A stretch of 62,472 nt of DNA, counting the filler, from Globobulimina sp. (lineage: Eukaryota), in assembly GCA_003354225.1 (NCBI GenBank). It is 38 parts of 38 records of this genome, joined end to end, with 100 filler letters (N's around TTAATTAATTAA, not from the genome) between each part and the next. Parts side by side here need not be neighbours in the genome. Positions count along the whole stretch, not along the records: positions 60,928 to 62,472 come from PIVH01015014.1; 37 more parts are not named here. One strand, written 5' to 3'. A program made the translations under genes and the position numbers. Below the pieces are notes generated by a model that was not told where the DNA came from, made no database searches, and was given only the letters and a program-made list of their open reading frames with translations. Below, piece after piece: positions 60,828-62,472 of the stretch (its first letter is position 1; each line of letters opens with the position of its first letter).

Positions 60828-61353
60828 NNNNNNNNNNNNNNNNNNNNNNNNNNNNNNNNNNNNNNNNNNNNTTAATTAATTAANNNNNNNNNNNNNNNNN
60901 NNNNNNNNNNNNNNNNNNNNNNNNNNNAAACAAATTTTATTTTCTGTCCTAATAAGATTGTGGATAATGTACTAGTATAAATAGTGATCAATTGATATGG
61001 AAATAAAATAATTGATGTAATTAAGATAAACGGAATTAATATAATTAGATGCATTGCACACATTATACATGCTTTACAAACCCCAAATGGTATAATGCAA
61101 CATAAACAGCATAAAAATCCATTTAAATCATTGATATTTCGCAGTGCGTATTTCTTGTCTGTCCAAATATCCTCAAATTTGTACAAGTGTCGTTTAAAAT
61201 ATATTGTTTTGATGTGCTCCATATTGATAGGATGCTTTAACACGACAAAGTTGCCATGACACTCGAAGTCAGTTTTTGTGAGCTTTGGATTTTAATGAAA
61301 AAAGTCACTCAAAGTCAGTTTTTCTGAGTTCAAAGTTTTTTATATCGCAAATC

Positions 61354-62472
61354 ATGAAGTCACCTCATAACAAAAGCAACCAGAACCATTTATCTGTTGT
61401 TGCCAACAACGAAGCATCATATTCCTACGAAAACGACTTTTTACCCGTTACTTCAATCTGGATTTGCCGGCAACAATACATTATCGCCGAATCACAAATT
61501 GGTTCCAAATCCATAAACAAAAAACAAAAAAGATTTGTCAAAGTATTTTTAGAACAAATAATCCAACCCTCCAAACATTCAAATTCCAGCACAAACCTCG
61601 CCACCTCGCCTTCATTTACCATTTACGTGAAAAAAAGAAAATATTTATTCCACATCTTATTAGACACAGACTTAACATTTCTGTCCCTAACCACCAATAC
61701 ATTGCAACAAGAACCATTGCAACAAATATTCGATTTATTATACGCAGTTAAATCTGCATTCTTATATGAAGATGGTTTAACTTTCAATGACACCTTAACC
61801 GATTTACATCATTCCTATCAATTTAAATCCAAATCGAAAATAATATATTTCAAAGATGAGCTCGCCACCAACAACAATAATAATACTAAATCGTTATTAT
61901 CGCACTCTGATGATCTCCACAACTTTGATTTGTGTGACAGCGATGGATTCGATACGTTGTACACTGCCTCACCAAAAGGCACCTGCGGTCATAGCAGCGG
62001 TAAGCTCTCCAATGACACATTGCGTACAAATACATTCAATTTATGCTCTCCCTCACCTTCCAATTGTAACAACATGCATATGTCTGCCAGTTCAAATATG
62101 ACCGCAGCAAGTCCCACATTTTCAGATCATTCGAGGAATACTTTCTCGGATACGCTCACCAGGACAGTCTCTGACAAATCCAGCGCCACCAATACAACAT
62201 TCAAGATCCGTTATGAGGAGAAAGACTGCGCAGACTCTGAGATTGAGGAAGTGGAACAGGTCGAATATTTTATATTGAAAAAAGGGTGGATGAGTAAGTT
62301 GGGCGATCGGTTTAAGACATGGAAATTCCGATATTTTGAGCTTTGGAGCAATGGATTATTGAATTATTTTGATAATGAAATGAATAGTAAAAAGAAAGGG
62401 TCTTTGAATATTGTTGATGGTGTGATTAATGTGGAATTATACTCGAAAAATGATAAAAATGGCTTTATTTTA
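61354..62472 (+). CDS. Longin-like domain + PH domain protein, 3' partial
   Basis: Not in the ORF track because it runs off the window. Frame is open from ATG 61354 to the end. Longin-like IWICRQQYIIAE..YLFHILLDTDLTFLSLT..IFDLLYAVKSAF; PH LKKGWMSKLGDRFKTWKFRYFEL..LLNYF..KGSLNI. Confidence 0.75.
   Translation, partial: MKSPHNKSNQNHLSVVANNEASYSYENDFLPVTSIWICRQQYIIAESQIGSKSINKKQKRFVKVFLEQIIQPSKHSNSSTNLATSPSFTIYVKKRKYLFHILLDTDLTFLSLTTNTLQQEPLQQIFDLLYAVKSAFLYEDGLTFNDTLTDLHHSYQFKSKSKIIYFKDELATNNNNNTKSLLSHSDDLHNFDLCDSDGFDTLYTASPKGTCGHSSGKLSNDTLRTNTFNLCSPSPSNCNNMHMSASSNMTAASPTFSDHSRNTFSDTLTRTVSDKSSATNTTFKIRYEEKDCADSEIEEVEQVEYFILKKGWMSKLGDRFKTWKFRYFELWSNGLLNYFDNEMNSKKKGSLNIVDGVINVELYSKNDKNGFIL

Noticed and set aside
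1549-60927. Regularly spaced TTAATTAATTAA as a biological repeat or array
   Set aside because: It is always centred in 88 Ns between size-sorted contigs, so it is an artificial six-frame-stop linker.
1-62472. A multi-gene system spanning contigs (for example RT + RNase H + helicase + capsid)
   Set aside because: Contigs are ordered by length, so adjacency across spacers carries no biological information.

Overview
This window is not one locus. It is 38 unrelated, size-sorted contigs (1548 down to 1545 bp) joined by an artificial 100-nt spacer (44 N + TTAATTAATTAA + 44 N), so gene neighbourhood only has meaning inside a contig. Most contigs look like an AT-rich microbial eukaryote with short GT-AG introns (mostly 50-90 nt). 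The gene families suggest a rhizarian such as a foraminifer (inference, not tested). Recognisable genes include SF1/BBP, LYRM1, HSPA12-like, TBC, SAM, TPR, PPR, SPRY, MRH, LRR-LNR-EF, SPX-VTC, cytochrome b561, a CCCH tandem zinc finger, SDR, amidohydrolase, an IDO-like dioxygenase, a TupA-like ATP-grasp and a longin-PH protein. There are also bacterial fragments (EamA transporter, a lipoprotein) and several probable amplification chimeras. Mobile DNA includes two Polinton/Maverick-like fragments, a Helitron Rep-Hel fragment, a Helitron 3' terminus carrying nested tandem arrays, and two non-LTR retrotransposon fragments. Best leads: (1) a three-intron gene lying tail-to-tail with Polinton-type ORFs; (2) an intron-containing, membrane-anchored TupA-like ATP-grasp; (3) an SPX-VTC polyphosphate polymerase with a degenerate SPX and only one TM helix; (4) a longin+PH fusion. 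All family calls come from motif recognition by eye; no searches were run.
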